Of a stretch of DNA of 64,000 nucleotides, positions 1 through 12,200 are shown piece by piece. How positions within the stretch are numbered: position 1 is the stretch's first letter; each line of letters begins with the position of its first letter. Origin of the DNA: an uncultured Smithella sp. (GTDB taxonomy: Bacteria > Desulfobacterota > Syntrophia > Syntrophales > Smithellaceae); contig CAZWCA010000009.1 in NCBI GenBank assembly GCA_964632255.1, positions 4,394 through 68,393 on the forward strand, written 5' to 3'. The notes under the pieces are model-generated. The model had not been told where the DNA came from, did not search any database, and saw only the letters and a program-made list of their open reading frames with translations. The translations under genes and the position numbers were made by a program.

Positions 1-96
1 GCTAAAATGCCCGGAGATGATTTTGCTTAATCTTTCATCATAACCGGGTAAATGAGTATCTGAAATAACACCTATTTTTATCTTTTTTATTTCCAT
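1..96 (-). CDS. metallophosphoesterase-family protein, N-terminal fragment (gene runs off left edge)
   Basis: Minus-strand ATG at 96..94 reads MEIKKIKIGVISDTHLPGYDERLSKIISGHFS. GVISDTH resembles the first metal-binding motif of YfcE/MJ0936-type phosphoesterases. Only 32 codons are visible. Confidence 0.5.
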   Translation of the reverse strand, partial: MEIKKIKIGVISDTHLPGYDERLSKIISGHFS

Positions 97-211
97 GAAC
101 ATAAATTATTAACGGCAAGGCTTAAAAAAAACAAGTTTTATTTGGGCCTCTCATCCTCAATAAAAAGCTTTTAATTTGACTTTATATAAAAGTAAAGTTA
201 CTATGTAGACC

Positions 212-2502
<2,291 letters not shown>

Positions 2503-2552
2503 ATATTGATGCTCTAGCAAAGCCGGCTAAAGAAAACGAGTGATTATACATT

Positions 2553-2828
2553 ATGAAGAGAGTCCACGTTTATATCAGCGGTATGGTTCAGGGAGTTTCA
2601 TTTCGAGCAGCAACAAAGAGAGCGGCAGCCAATTTAAACATTAGCGGCTGGGTGCGTAATATGGAAGACGGCCGGGTGGAAGCCGTTCTTGAAGGAGCAG
2701 ATGAGGATGTGGAAAGAATGATTGCCTGGTGCAAGGTTGGCCCGCGATTAGCCCAAGTGACAAAGGTTACTGCAAAAGAAGAGCATTATTCAGGTAGTTT
2801 TCGTGATTTCTCTATAAAATTCATGTAA
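2553..2828 (+). CDS. acyP: acylphosphatase
   Basis: 91 aa. Signature VYISGMVQGVSFRAATKRAA...GWVRNMEDGRVEAVLEG matches the acylphosphatase V-x-G-x-VQGV-x-FR / GWVRN motifs. Confidence 0.9.
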   Translation: MKRVHVYISGMVQGVSFRAATKRAAANLNISGWVRNMEDGRVEAVLEGADEDVERMIAWCKVGPRLAQVTKVTAKEEHYSGSFRDFSIKFM

Positions 2829-3010
2829 TTATCAGGAAATTATCTTTAGCCTTAATTATTCCGGTTTATTATAAAATTGGCAAGTTCTCCCTGATACTCA
2901 GGCTCCTGTATGCAGATTGTATATCTGGTTCCGCTGTTGAAATCTTGGTTAACATAGATAATTCACACTTATTTTAAGCATTGTAATTTATTGTTATTAT
3001 TACTGTATTA

Positions 3011-4369
3011 TTAAATTTTTACCTGTATTTTTTTCTTATACAAAACAAGCGCAATCAACCAGAATAAAAGAACATGTGCTAATGCAAATAACAGAGAACC
3101 ATTATAATCCCCGGCTGCAGGCAAAAACCATTCATTGAAAATCCAATTATAGCCATTGACCACGGCTCCATCAGACTTTGTGATTTTTATCAGGTACAGC
3201 AGAATTTTTACCCAGATAATGGAAAGAATGTACACAAATAATGGATTCCAGCCAAATACCTGAAATGGCACACTCCACTTCCGATACCCTTTAACATCAA
3301 TAACATAAAGACAAAGAGCAAGGACAACCATTGCCAAACCAGAGGTGTACAGTACAAACGAACTTGTCCAGAGATATTTATTAACCGGGAAAATCAATCC
3401 CCACGCCAGCCCGGTGATAATGGCCGCAATGCCCGCCAGGGTTAGTTTGTGAACCGCCTGTTTCAGGTTTGGTTGCGCTTGAATATAAGATCCGGTTAGA
3501 TAACCCGAAAGCACGGTAACCACTGCAGGAAGCGTACTCAGCAATCCTTCGGGATCAAATGCAATTATCCCTCTGTGCCACATATTGCTCTCACCAATAA
3601 TAGCAAGATCGATGAACCGGACCAGGTTATCTTCCAGTGAATAGGGCGATCCATTACCAAAGGCAGCAAGCAGAATCCAATAGCAAATCAAAATAAGCCA
3701 CGAAATAAAGAAAAGCTTTGTCCTGTTCAGCCAAAGACAAAGAAAGGCGGCAATGCCATAGGTAATGGCGATTCGCTGCAATACACCCATGATGCGCAGA
3801 TTGGTTAAATCTGCTTGAAAAGGAAAATAGTTAAGTAGGAGTCCGGTTAGAAATATCAATGAGACTCTTTTTAAAATTTTTTTTGTAATAGCGGGGGCCG
3901 GTTTATAATCCCATTTTATTTTAAGAAAAATACCGATGCATCTTAGAAAAGTTATTACGGGTGCAGTCTTTTTATTCCTGGAAGAACCGGGATTCCGGCC
4001 TTCAGGACAGTCTTTACCCGCAAAGGCACTGCTTGATTGTAAATTGAAATGATCAAACCGCCGGAAAGAATATGACATGGCAGCGCCCATGACAAAAAGA
4101 AAAAAAGGAAAGACCAGATCTGTCAGCGTGCAACCATGCCAGCTGGCATGCATCAAAGGAACATAAACAAAAGACCAGCTTCCGGGCGTGTTGACCAGAA
4201 TCATTAGCGCTATGGTCATGCCGCGAAAAACGTCGAGAGATTGTAAACGATGTACTTGAATAACTGATCTCCTTATAATTTTAGATTTTCTCACGTATCC
4301 ATTTAATACTTCTTGCCGCAATTTTCTCATAGACATCCTGCATAGTAAGGGAGAATCTCTTCGGCACAT
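3011..4369 (-). CDS. multi-pass membrane protein, heparan-alpha-glucosaminide N-acetyltransferase-like (DUF1624/DUF5009-type acyltransferase)
   Basis: N-terminal motif RLQSLDVFRGMTIALMILVNTPGSW...HASWHGCTLTDLVFPFFLFVMG, followed by many hydrophobic helices. The maximal ORF overlaps the upstream gene by 89 nt, so the true start is probably internal (M14 at 4330 or GTG at 4294). Confidence 0.8.
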   Translation of the reverse strand: MCRRDSPLLCRMSMRKLRQEVLNGYVRKSKIIRRSVIQVHRLQSLDVFRGMTIALMILVNTPGSWSFVYVPLMHASWHGCTLTDLVFPFFLFVMGAAMSYSFRRFDHFNLQSSSAFAGKDCPEGRNPGSSRNKKTAPVITFLRCIGIFLKIKWDYKPAPAITKKILKRVSLIFLTGLLLNYFPFQADLTNLRIMGVLQRIAITYGIAAFLCLWLNRTKLFFISWLILICYWILLAAFGNGSPYSLEDNLVRFIDLAIIGESNMWHRGIIAFDPEGLLSTLPAVVTVLSGYLTGSYIQAQPNLKQAVHKLTLAGIAAIITGLAWGLIFPVNKYLWTSSFVLYTSGLAMVVLALCLYVIDVKGYRKWSVPFQVFGWNPLFVYILSIIWVKILLYLIKITKSDGAVVNGYNWIFNEWFLPAAGDYNGSLLFALAHVLLFWLIALVLYKKKIQVKI

Positions 4370-4961
4370 TAAACGAATGATCGCCGCCTTCGATAACCTC
4401 CAGTTCCGCCCGAGGCCCTAAACGTTTAAGAACAACATTTAAAATATCCAGATCGCACAGAGTGTCGCGGGTGCCCTCGAAGAAGAGCATGGGGCACGAA
4501 ATCCGATATAAATGCGCATCTTTGAGCTTCTCCTTGTTTCCTGCAGGATGAAGCGGATAGCCAAGGAAGATGATTCCATCAGCGGTCAAACTTCCCTTGG
4601 CCAGCATTTCAGCGGCCACTCTGCCACCCATGGATTTACCCGCCACAATTATTTTTTGAAGAGAATAGCCCGATTGGTCCTTTACAAAATGAAGAACCTT
4701 TTGCCACGTTTTTTCAAGAAGAGGCTGTCTGTCCGGTGTTTTGCGCCCATGCTCCATATAAGGAAAATTGAATCTGACCGCAAGATATCCCGCCTGCGCC
4801 AGATGCTCGCAGAAGGAAACCAGCAAAGGGTTATTCATATCGTTTCCCGCACCATGAGCAACAATTACCGCCGTTCCTGATTCGAATCGATCCGGAATGA
4901 AAAGTATCGCCGATATGGATTCCTTTTCCGAAATTTCGATGGTGACTTGTTTAGATTGCAT
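4281..4961 (-). CDS. alpha/beta-fold hydrolase (dienelactone-hydrolase-like)
   Basis: 226 aa. Nucleophile elbow AGKSMGGRVA (GxSxG), VIVAHGAGN oxyanion-type segment, C-terminal GGDHSF with a candidate catalytic His. Confidence 0.85.
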   Translation of the reverse strand: MQSKQVTIEISEKESISAILFIPDRFESGTAVIVAHGAGNDMNNPLLVSFCEHLAQAGYLAVRFNFPYMEHGRKTPDRQPLLEKTWQKVLHFVKDQSGYSLQKIIVAGKSMGGRVAAEMLAKGSLTADGIIFLGYPLHPAGNKEKLKDAHLYRISCPMLFFEGTRDTLCDLDILNVVLKRLGPRAELEVIEGGDHSFNVPKRFSLTMQDVYEKIAARSIKWIREKI

Positions 4962-4964
4962 TGG

Positions 4965-5615
4965 CTATTCCTTAACTTTAGTGGACTTTGTGGACCACGT
5001 GGACGGTTGTTGCCTTGACCGTTTTTGAGAACGCACCCGGTAAAGGCGTTCGGTAAAGCCACCCTCGATTTCAAATACATGAGTCTGAGAGGCGAGCTGG
5101 CGGTCAAGTAAACTGCATGCCACCGACAATAGCACCAGCGCCGCGTTGGCTGCAATTTCCGTAAAGGTGGAGAACAATTTTTGTCCACTCTGTCCACTAC
5201 GTCCACTTATTCCACAATCATGCACTTTTTTGATCCACACCGCCACATCATCGACAGTAACGCATCTGCGATCAATAAGTTCCTGCCTGCGATGATCGGC
5301 GCGATCCCAGAGCGGCAGACCGCGTTGACGCAGGAAATCTTCATAGTCAAGCCGCAACTCTTCCAGACTGGCCCGTGCTACGTTGGTTAGTTTAAGTTCC
5401 GTTTTTTTCGAAGTTCCCGATGCCTGGCTACCTTCGGCGATATTCTGCACCCCCGACCGCGCCGCTTGAACCATCTGATCATGAGTGCGGCTGCGTTTAT
5501 CGATATAACGGTCGCAAAAACGTACCGTGACATCAAAAACAAGCTGAGCCACCTGAAAGCTTTTGAGTTTTCGGTAACCGCCATGAACAGGTATTAATTT
5601 TTCATCAATCACCAT
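4965..5615 (-). CDS. four-helix-bundle protein (23S rRNA intervening-sequence protein family) with C-terminal suffix domain
   Basis: 216 aa. YRKLKSFQVAQLVFDVTVRFCDRY...QMVQAARSGVQNIAEGS is typical of this family. The extra C-terminal domain is bracketed by tripeptide repeats (see repeat features). Confidence 0.8.
   Translation of the reverse strand: MVIDEKLIPVHGGYRKLKSFQVAQLVFDVTVRFCDRYIDKRSRTHDQMVQAARSGVQNIAEGSQASGTSKKTELKLTNVARASLEELRLDYEDFLRQRGLPLWDRADHRRQELIDRRCVTVDDVAVWIKKVHDCGISGRSGQSGQKLFSTFTEIAANAALVLLSVACSLLDRQLASQTHVFEIEGGFTERLYRVRSQKRSRQQPSTWSTKSTKVKE
4981..5004. repeat. 3 x 9-bp periodic array of hexamer GTGGAC
   Basis: gtggacTTTgtggacCACgtggac on the + strand. It encodes STWSTKSTK at the C-terminus of the four-helix-bundle gene and is inverted relative to the array at 5183..5215. 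Confidence 0.9.
5183..5215. repeat. 3-4 x 9-bp periodic array of hexamer GTCCAC
   Basis: gtccacTCTgtccacTACgtccacTTAttccac on the + strand. It encodes DCG-ISG-RSG-QSG on the minus strand. The hexamer is the reverse complement of the one in the 4981..5004 array. Confidence 0.9.
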
Positions 5616-6096
5616 ATTGTTGATCCTATGCCTTCCCGAATTTGGAAAGTTTCACCGAATAACAACAGTAAACGCATAGATTTTATTTTGCCTTCCCATG
5701 ATCGCATCACGCAAAGTACATATTATTATCCATGAATCAACGCCGAATGATCAAGCTAAAATATTCTTATCCAGGAGTAGGAATTTTCTCCGGAAAATTG
5801 CTCAGATTTTTTACTCGTAAATCAGCGCAGAACCGATAGATTCACCTTCGTTTAACCTGTAGATTTAACATAACAAAAAATTTCTTTAAAAAGCTGAGGC
5901 TGGAACAATCAGTCTGATTGCTCCACATACTAACATCGCGCGCCTCCAGCGCTTTAAAATGCAGCGGCAGAGCAGCGTTATGTTAATAGATCAAGGCAAA
6001 CCTGAAAAATAACCAAGCTCCGTAGGAGCGAAATATTAATAGCGGGAACACCGGGCAAATGCCCCCTGCAAAATAAATTTTGAAGGAGAATGCTTC

Positions 6097-6918
6097 ATGA
6101 GTGCAATCATAACCAAAGATGGAACGCGAATTTATTACAAGGATTGGGGAAGTGGACAGCCTGTAGTTTTTAGTCATGGCTGGCCGCTGAGTTCGGATGC
6201 ATGGGAAGACCAGATGTTCTTTCTGGCTTCCCAAGGATATCGATGCATCGCCCATGATCGCCGGGGCCATGGCCGGTCCAGCCAGCCCTGGAATGGCAAC
6301 GACATGGATACATACGCCGATGATCTGGCAGAATTGGTAGATCAACTTCACATAAAGAACGCTATCCATGTCGGTCACTCGACAGGCGGCGGTGAAGTCG
6401 CACGCTATATCGGCCGCCACGGCACAGACCGCGTGGCGAAGGCTGTTTTGATTGGTTCGATTACGCCACTGATGCTGAAAACTCCCGCTAATCCGGACGG
6501 CCTGCCGAAAGAGGTTTTTGATGGTATCCGTGCCAATGTCCTTTCTGACCGCTCGAAGTTCTGGAAGGATCTCAGCATGCAATTTTACGGATACAACCGG
6601 CCGGGGGCAAAGGTTTCAGAAGGCGTGCGTGAATCATTCTGGCTGCAGGGAATGATGTGCGGCTTTCCCGGTGCTTACTTCTGTATAAAGGCGTTTTCGG
6701 AAACGGATCTCACCCCGGACCTGAAGAAGATGGACATTCCGACTTTATTCATCCACGGTGATGATGATCAGATTGTGCCGATCGCCGACTCGGCAATGCT
6801 CGCCGTTAAGCTGGTCAAGAATGGAACGATGAAAGTTTATAAAGGCGCTCCGCACGGTCTGTGCACTACACATAAAGATGAGGTAAACAAAGATTTACTT
6901 GAGTTCATCAAGGGGTAG
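6097..6918 (+). CDS. alpha/beta hydrolase, non-heme haloperoxidase/arylesterase family
   Basis: 273 aa. [32 protein letters not shown]...HDRRGHGRS...[10 protein letters not shown]...GAPHG are the typical motifs of this subfamily. SD aaGGAGaa lies upstream of the ATG. Confidence 0.9.
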   Translation: MSAIITKDGTRIYYKDWGSGQPVVFSHGWPLSSDAWEDQMFFLASQGYRCIAHDRRGHGRSSQPWNGNDMDTYADDLAELVDQLHIKNAIHVGHSTGGGEVARYIGRHGTDRVAKAVLIGSITPLMLKTPANPDGLPKEVFDGIRANVLSDRSKFWKDLSMQFYGYNRPGAKVSEGVRESFWLQGMMCGFPGAYFCIKAFSETDLTPDLKKMDIPTLFIHGDDDQIVPIADSAMLAVKLVKNGTMKVYKGAPHGLCTTHKDEVNKDLLEFIKG

Positions 6919-7118
6919 AAATGCATCAACTTCCATCCGGATTGTCCTGGAGCAGCGATTTGAGCTCTTCATGCTATACTGTTCTTACACTCAAGTAATG
7001 TATTCCTCGGTTGAGGGCATTGAGATCAGACCTGAGACGCTCTTCTCTGTTTTTACTCAGTTATATCTTGTACTACGGACACGCTGCCGATGATCTTGCC
7101 TTCCAAAGTCATCACTTG

Positions 7119-9005
7119 TCATTTGTTATTGGAATCCGCCACCCACAATCCCGGCAGGGAATCGACAATGGCTTTGAGACGGCTGCGCTCTTTGTCAAGG
7201 TCTTTTATGAGCATGTTTTTTTCTTCCTCGATCCGCTTTCGTTCGGCTATTTCCGCCCGCAGAATCGCTGTACGTTCGCGCACCCTTTCCTCAAGCTTTT
7301 CCTTGGCTTCCCGCAATGCTTCTTCAGCCCGCTTGCGCTCGGTGATATCCAGAATCGTTCCGATGAAGTAAAACGGTTGACCGGCTTCATTATATACGAC
7401 ATGGCCTTTGGCATTACAGTACTTAAGAACCCCATCCCTGGTGACCAGCCTGACATCGAAATCCAGCGGTTCGCCTGTTTGCAGGCTATGCTCAAATAAC
7501 TTATCATAAAAGGTAAGGTCATCCGGGTGAATGAATTTTCTTTTGGCCTTAAAACTAGGGACAAAATCCTTTTGCGTTACGCCGAAAATCCGGTAAGTCT
7601 CATCTGACCACCATACCTGATCGGTTTTCAAATTCCACTCCCAGCTTCCAATCATGCCCACCTGCTGGGCTTCATTCAATCTTTCCAAGAGCTTCTTTCG
7701 CTCTTCCTCAGCCTGCTTGCGGTTAGTAATTTCTGTTGCCGTCCCGAACCATTCACGGATCTCGCCATTCTTATTGAGTAAAGGCACAGCGCGGGAAAAT
7801 ACCCATCCGGCGCTGCCATCCGCCCGGCGGACCCGGTGTTCCAGTTCGAAAACGCTCTTGGTGCTGATGACCTTGTGAATGGCGGCAAGGATTTGCGGCT
7901 GGTCCTCGGAAAAAATATATTTATCCAACCATCCTCGGCTCGGTTCCGGCATATCGGCGAGAAACCCTCTGCTGTTGAGCCGGCGCATCTCGCTCCAGTC
8001 CGGGCTCATATGGTACAGCACATCCGAACTGGCCATTACCAGAGCCCGGAACTGTTCTTCTTTTTCCGCCAGGGCATCTTTGGCACGGTGAAGCCATGTA
8101 ACATCCTGTATGGCTATTATAGATCCCGTAATTTTTCCCTCTGGGTCCCGCACGGGAGAGGCACTGTTCATGATGATTGCTCGACCTCCGTCAAAACGCT
8201 CGATTTCCATAAGCTGGCTGTAAATAGGCTTGCCTTTTTGGATAGCAATGATCGAGGCCCACTGGTCCAGATGAACAGGATCTCCTGTATCGACCCAGCA
8301 GGCTTTTTGGGAATGGTATCGGTCAATATTATAAATCGGAGTATCACCATCCCAGATCTGATCGAAAGCTTTGTTGGACTGGATAATTTTCCCGTCTGCA
8401 TCCGTAATAGCCGTTCCAATTGGAAGCGTCTGCAACATGGCCTCCAAGCGGCCCTTCTCATGTTCAGCTTCAAGACGGGCCTTCTCCAGCTCGGCCGTTC
8501 GTTCGGCGACCCTCCTTTCCAGCAGGGCGTATGATTTCTGCAGCTCCCTTTCCGCCCGGTGTCTTGCCCTGTGTTCTTCCGCCTCAGCCAGGGCGCGCCG
8601 CACCGCGGGAACAAGCCGGCTCAGGCGGTGCTTGAGCACGTAATCCCGTGCGCCACTGGTAAGCACCTCGATGGCACGGTCTTCGGTTACGGCCCCGGTC
8701 ACTAATATGAAAGGAACATGGGGACATATTTTTTTAGCCAGTATGAGGGCCTGAATGCCGCTGTAGGTAGGAAGATCGTAATCGGAAAGGATAAGATTGG
8801 GTGCGAATCCTCTCAGGGCCTGCTCGAAAGTCTCTTCCGTTTCGACCCGCTTCAGAATGAAGGATATTTCCGCTTCCCTCAGTTCGAAGTCGATCAGCTC
8901 TGCATCGACGGGATTGTCTTCCAGCAACAGGATGCGGATCTCCTTTTGCCGGTTTTCCGATTCTTTAAAGTTATTTATTCTGAGGGCCTTCCCATTCATG
9001 GACAT
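7119..9005 (-). CDS. response-regulator receiver + coiled coil + three PAS domains; truncated paralog lacking the HisKA/HATPase transmitter
   Basis: 628 aa. The N-terminal ~150 aa (REC, phospho-acceptor in LILSDYDLP) are near-identical to the two downstream paralogs. The ORF stops just inside a fourth PAS (LKAIVDSLPGLWVADSNNK*), and decayed PAS sequence continues after the stop. Confidence 0.85.
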   Translation of the reverse strand: MSMNGKALRINNFKESENRQKEIRILLLEDNPVDAELIDFELREAEISFILKRVETEETFEQALRGFAPNLILSDYDLPTYSGIQALILAKKICPHVPFILVTGAVTEDRAIEVLTSGARDYVLKHRLSRLVPAVRRALAEAEEHRARHRAERELQKSYALLERRVAERTAELEKARLEAEHEKGRLEAMLQTLPIGTAITDADGKIIQSNKAFDQIWDGDTPIYNIDRYHSQKACWVDTGDPVHLDQWASIIAIQKGKPIYSQLMEIERFDGGRAIIMNSASPVRDPEGKITGSIIAIQDVTWLHRAKDALAEKEEQFRALVMASSDVLYHMSPDWSEMRRLNSRGFLADMPEPSRGWLDKYIFSEDQPQILAAIHKVISTKSVFELEHRVRRADGSAGWVFSRAVPLLNKNGEIREWFGTATEITNRKQAEEERKKLLERLNEAQQVGMIGSWEWNLKTDQVWWSDETYRIFGVTQKDFVPSFKAKRKFIHPDDLTFYDKLFEHSLQTGEPLDFDVRLVTRDGVLKYCNAKGHVVYNEAGQPFYFIGTILDITERKRAEEALREAKEKLEERVRERTAILRAEIAERKRIEEEKNMLIKDLDKERSRLKAIVDSLPGLWVADSNNK

Positions 9006-9062
9006 CCTTTTTTGAACAGTTTAGAAAACCATGCCCTTATAAGAAGAGCAACAATAAATTAA

Positions 9063-9092
9063 ATTTTATCATCAATTTTCCATGAAAGACAA
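9063..9092 (-). promoter_or_regulatory. sigma70-like promoter of paralog A (TTGTCT-N18-TAAAAT)
   Basis: Minus-strand reading is TTGTCTttcatggaaaattgatgaTAAAAT. It is positionally homologous to the better-matching promoters of paralogs B and C. Confidence 0.45.
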
Positions 9093-9224
9093 CGTCGTCA
9101 TACGTACCAACAAACTAAATTTCTCTCAGTCTTTGGATGATTTTCAGGAATTCCGGGCTATGTTTCTTTTTAAGATCATTCCCAAAAGGAACATAGATTA
9201 ATAGGCTCTATCCATCGCTATTCA

Positions 9225-12200
9225 TCAGCTTACCGGAAGTGAGAAATAGAAGGCAGCGCCCTTTCCAACTTCTCCTTCCGCCCAAATCCGGCCACTATGC
9301 CTATGGATAATTCGCTGGACGATTGCAAGCCCGACCCCCGTGCCTTCGTATTCGCTTTCAGCATGGAGCCGCTGGAAAACGCCGAAAAGCTTGTCATAAT
9401 ATTTCATATCGAAGCCGGTTCCATTATCTCTGACATAGTAAATGTTTTCTTTGGCCTTCGCCTCTTCCCCCACTTCGATTATTGCCTTTTTACGGTGCCT
9501 CGTGAATTTAACGGCATTGGCCAGAAGATTGGAAAGAACCTGCCGTACAAGGGCCTCATCTCCAACAGCACCTGGAAGCTCAACCATCTTCAATTCCATG
9601 TTCCGGTCCGGGTTGGCCGAAACCTGTTCCTTCCAGATTTCTTTCACGAGACGGTCCATATCGATTCGATTCTTTGCAAGGGGCGCCCGGCTGGACCTCG
9701 ACAAATAGAGCAGATCGGTAATCAGCCGGTCCATCTTTACGGCATTCTCCCGAATAACCTGAATTCTCCGACTCGTTTCCTGATCAAGATTCTGCTCACT
9801 TTTCAGAAGCATCCGGGAAAAACCATCGATCGCCCGCAGGGGCGCTCTCAGATCGTGGGACACAGAGTAGCTGAAGCTCTCAAGCTCTCTGTTGGCATCC
9901 TCCAGTTGCATACTGTGCAATTTCGATTCCTGCTCGGCCTGCTTCAGATCGTTGATATCGGTGGTCGTCCCGATCCATTTTATAACCTTCCCCTCATCAT
10001 CCTTGATAGGAACACCCCTGCTTAATTTCCAGCGGTATGATCCATCCCTTTGCTTGAATCGATGCTCGACTTGATTCAATGTTCCGTATGTAATTGCTTT
10101 CTGCCGGGCAATCTCACTCGCCGCAATGTCTTCCGGATGGACGACGGCATGCCAATCCCAGTATCCTGAATCTTGCAGAATCAAGTCAGGAAATTCTTCC
10201 CGACGTTTATTGAGATAATAGGTCCGGCCTTCGGGGGTAGATATCCAGATAAGCTGGGGCATGGCATCGGCAATCTCCCGTAGATCCTTTTCGCTTCTTT
10301 TCAAAGCTTCTTCAGCCATTTTGATCGCAGTCATATTGACTGTTGTCTGGCCTACGCCGATAACTTTTCCTTTCTCATCATGAACAGGCTCCCAGTAGAC
10401 ATCAAGGAAGATCCGACCGCCCGGCCTGTTGAACCACATCTGTTCCCGAAGCTCGATATCTTCATCCAGTACTCGTTTTTTTAGTGCCGTAATATGCGTT
10501 GCCTCTTCCGGCGTAAAAATTTCATTGTCTCGCTTACCGACGATTACCTCCAGAAGCGCATTCCTCTGATTGTAAACCCAGGTGTACCGGAGATCGCGAT
10601 CCTGAATGGCAACCGATACCGGCGCATTCCTCAAAGCCAGGCGGAAATGTGCCTCAGTTTCCCTCAGTGCTTTTTCCGTTCTTTTGATTTCCGTAATGTC
10701 GGAAAAATGCCAGAATCGACCATAATTTTTGCCGTTGACAGCGATGGGAATGTAATCCCGAAGGCTGGTTCTCCCGTGGGACATAGCGACCTCTTCGCCT
10801 CTCACGGGCTGTCCATGACTGATGATTTCCCGTATGCGAGCGATGGCTTCATCTGATTTCGGATAATTGTCTCTGATTTTGGAGAGCATCTCTTCCGCAG
10901 TCAGATCATTCAACTCATCAGGCGATTCTTTTAAATGAAACATTTCGCTAAAGGCCTGATTGGCGAATTCGATCACCCCTTCATTTGTTACAAGCAAAAC
11001 GGCACCGAACATGTTGGACAGAACGCTATAAAAGCGCTGCATAACTATCTTGACGTTCTCTGCTTCCAGCTTTTTCTCTGTGATATCCTCGGTCAGGATA
11101 GCTATTGAATTCCTCATCGGAACAACGGCCAGCCGCAACCATGTCGGGGCAAGAGTCTCACCCTTGCGCATCTCTTCAATGACGACCGGCTTGCCGGTTT
11201 CAGCAACCTCAACATAGGTTTCGAAGATACGGGTTCCCCGAATGCCGGGAAACAGGTTAAGCAGGCGTTTTCCAATAACCGCGTCGGGATCGGTCCCATT
11301 CAGGCGGGCAATGGCTGCATTTTCATAAAGCCAGATGAAGTCGACGATAAGCCCTTTTTTGTCGCGCACGGGTTCGAGGATGGTAAAGCCATCCGGAGAC
11401 ATATCCTGGGCAACACGGAACCGCGCCTCGCTTTCCCGCAGTGACTCCTCGGCCCGCTTAAGTTCGGTGATGTCTTGTCCAATGCCAAGATTCCCTACGA
11501 TATTTCCGTGAGAATCTCTGATCCCCTTGTTTCTCCATGAAATCCAGACCCGTTCTCCATTTTTCCGAATATTCTGATTGATGTTTTCGATGTAATCATC
11601 AGGATTTCTCCGAATTGCATCGGCCATTTCTTGCAGATTCCGTCCAGTGCATTCGGAAGGAGGGATAAGGGTCATCATGTTCATGCCAATGTATTCTTCC
11701 CGGGCATAACCGAAGAATTTTTGCGCAAAATCATTCACGAAGGTCAATATGCCATTTTGATCCATTTTTATGATTATGCTGTTCGCGTTCTCGACAAGCT
11801 CCCTGTAGTTGGTCTCGCTTACCCGGAGCGCTTCTTCCATCTCCTTCCGGGCCGCTATCTCGGCTTCCAGTTCCGCAGTCCTTGCCTTCACTTTCTCTTC
11901 CAGCGTCTTGTGGGCTTCACGTAGGTCGATCTCCGCCTGCCGCCGCACCCGGTGTTCCTCCGCTTCCGCAAGGGCTCTTCGGACGGCGGGCACCAGCCGC
12001 TGTTGGAGCCGGTTCTTCAGGACGTAATCCTTTGCACCCTGGGTGAGGATTTCTATGGCACGGTCTTCAGTCACAGCGCCTGTTACGAGAATGAAAGGTG
12101 TATCGGGACGCCTTTTTTTCGCCTCAGCAAGCGCCAAGGCACCGTTGTATGTGGGAAGGTCATAGTCGGAAAGGATGAGATCGGGTGCAAATTCTGTGAG

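Noticed and set aside
4981-5215. Short periodic repeats as a possible CRISPR array or minisatellite
   Set aside because: The 9-bp period with 3-nt spacers, only 3-4 units and a location inside an ORF are incompatible with CRISPR. No cas genes are present, and I saw no other CRISPR-like array in the window.
5983-6582. 199-aa minus-strand ORF
   Set aside because: It is antisense to the well-supported haloperoxidase-family hydrolase gene (6097..6918).
9297-10025. 242-aa + strand ORF, mirrored by a similar 242-aa ORF at 14052..14780
   Set aside because: Both are antisense to the HATPase/HisKA regions of paralogous kinase genes. Their mutual similarity merely reflects conservation of the sense strand. 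The same holds for 7836..8534, 15039..15680 and the other + strand ORFs inside the three sensor genes.
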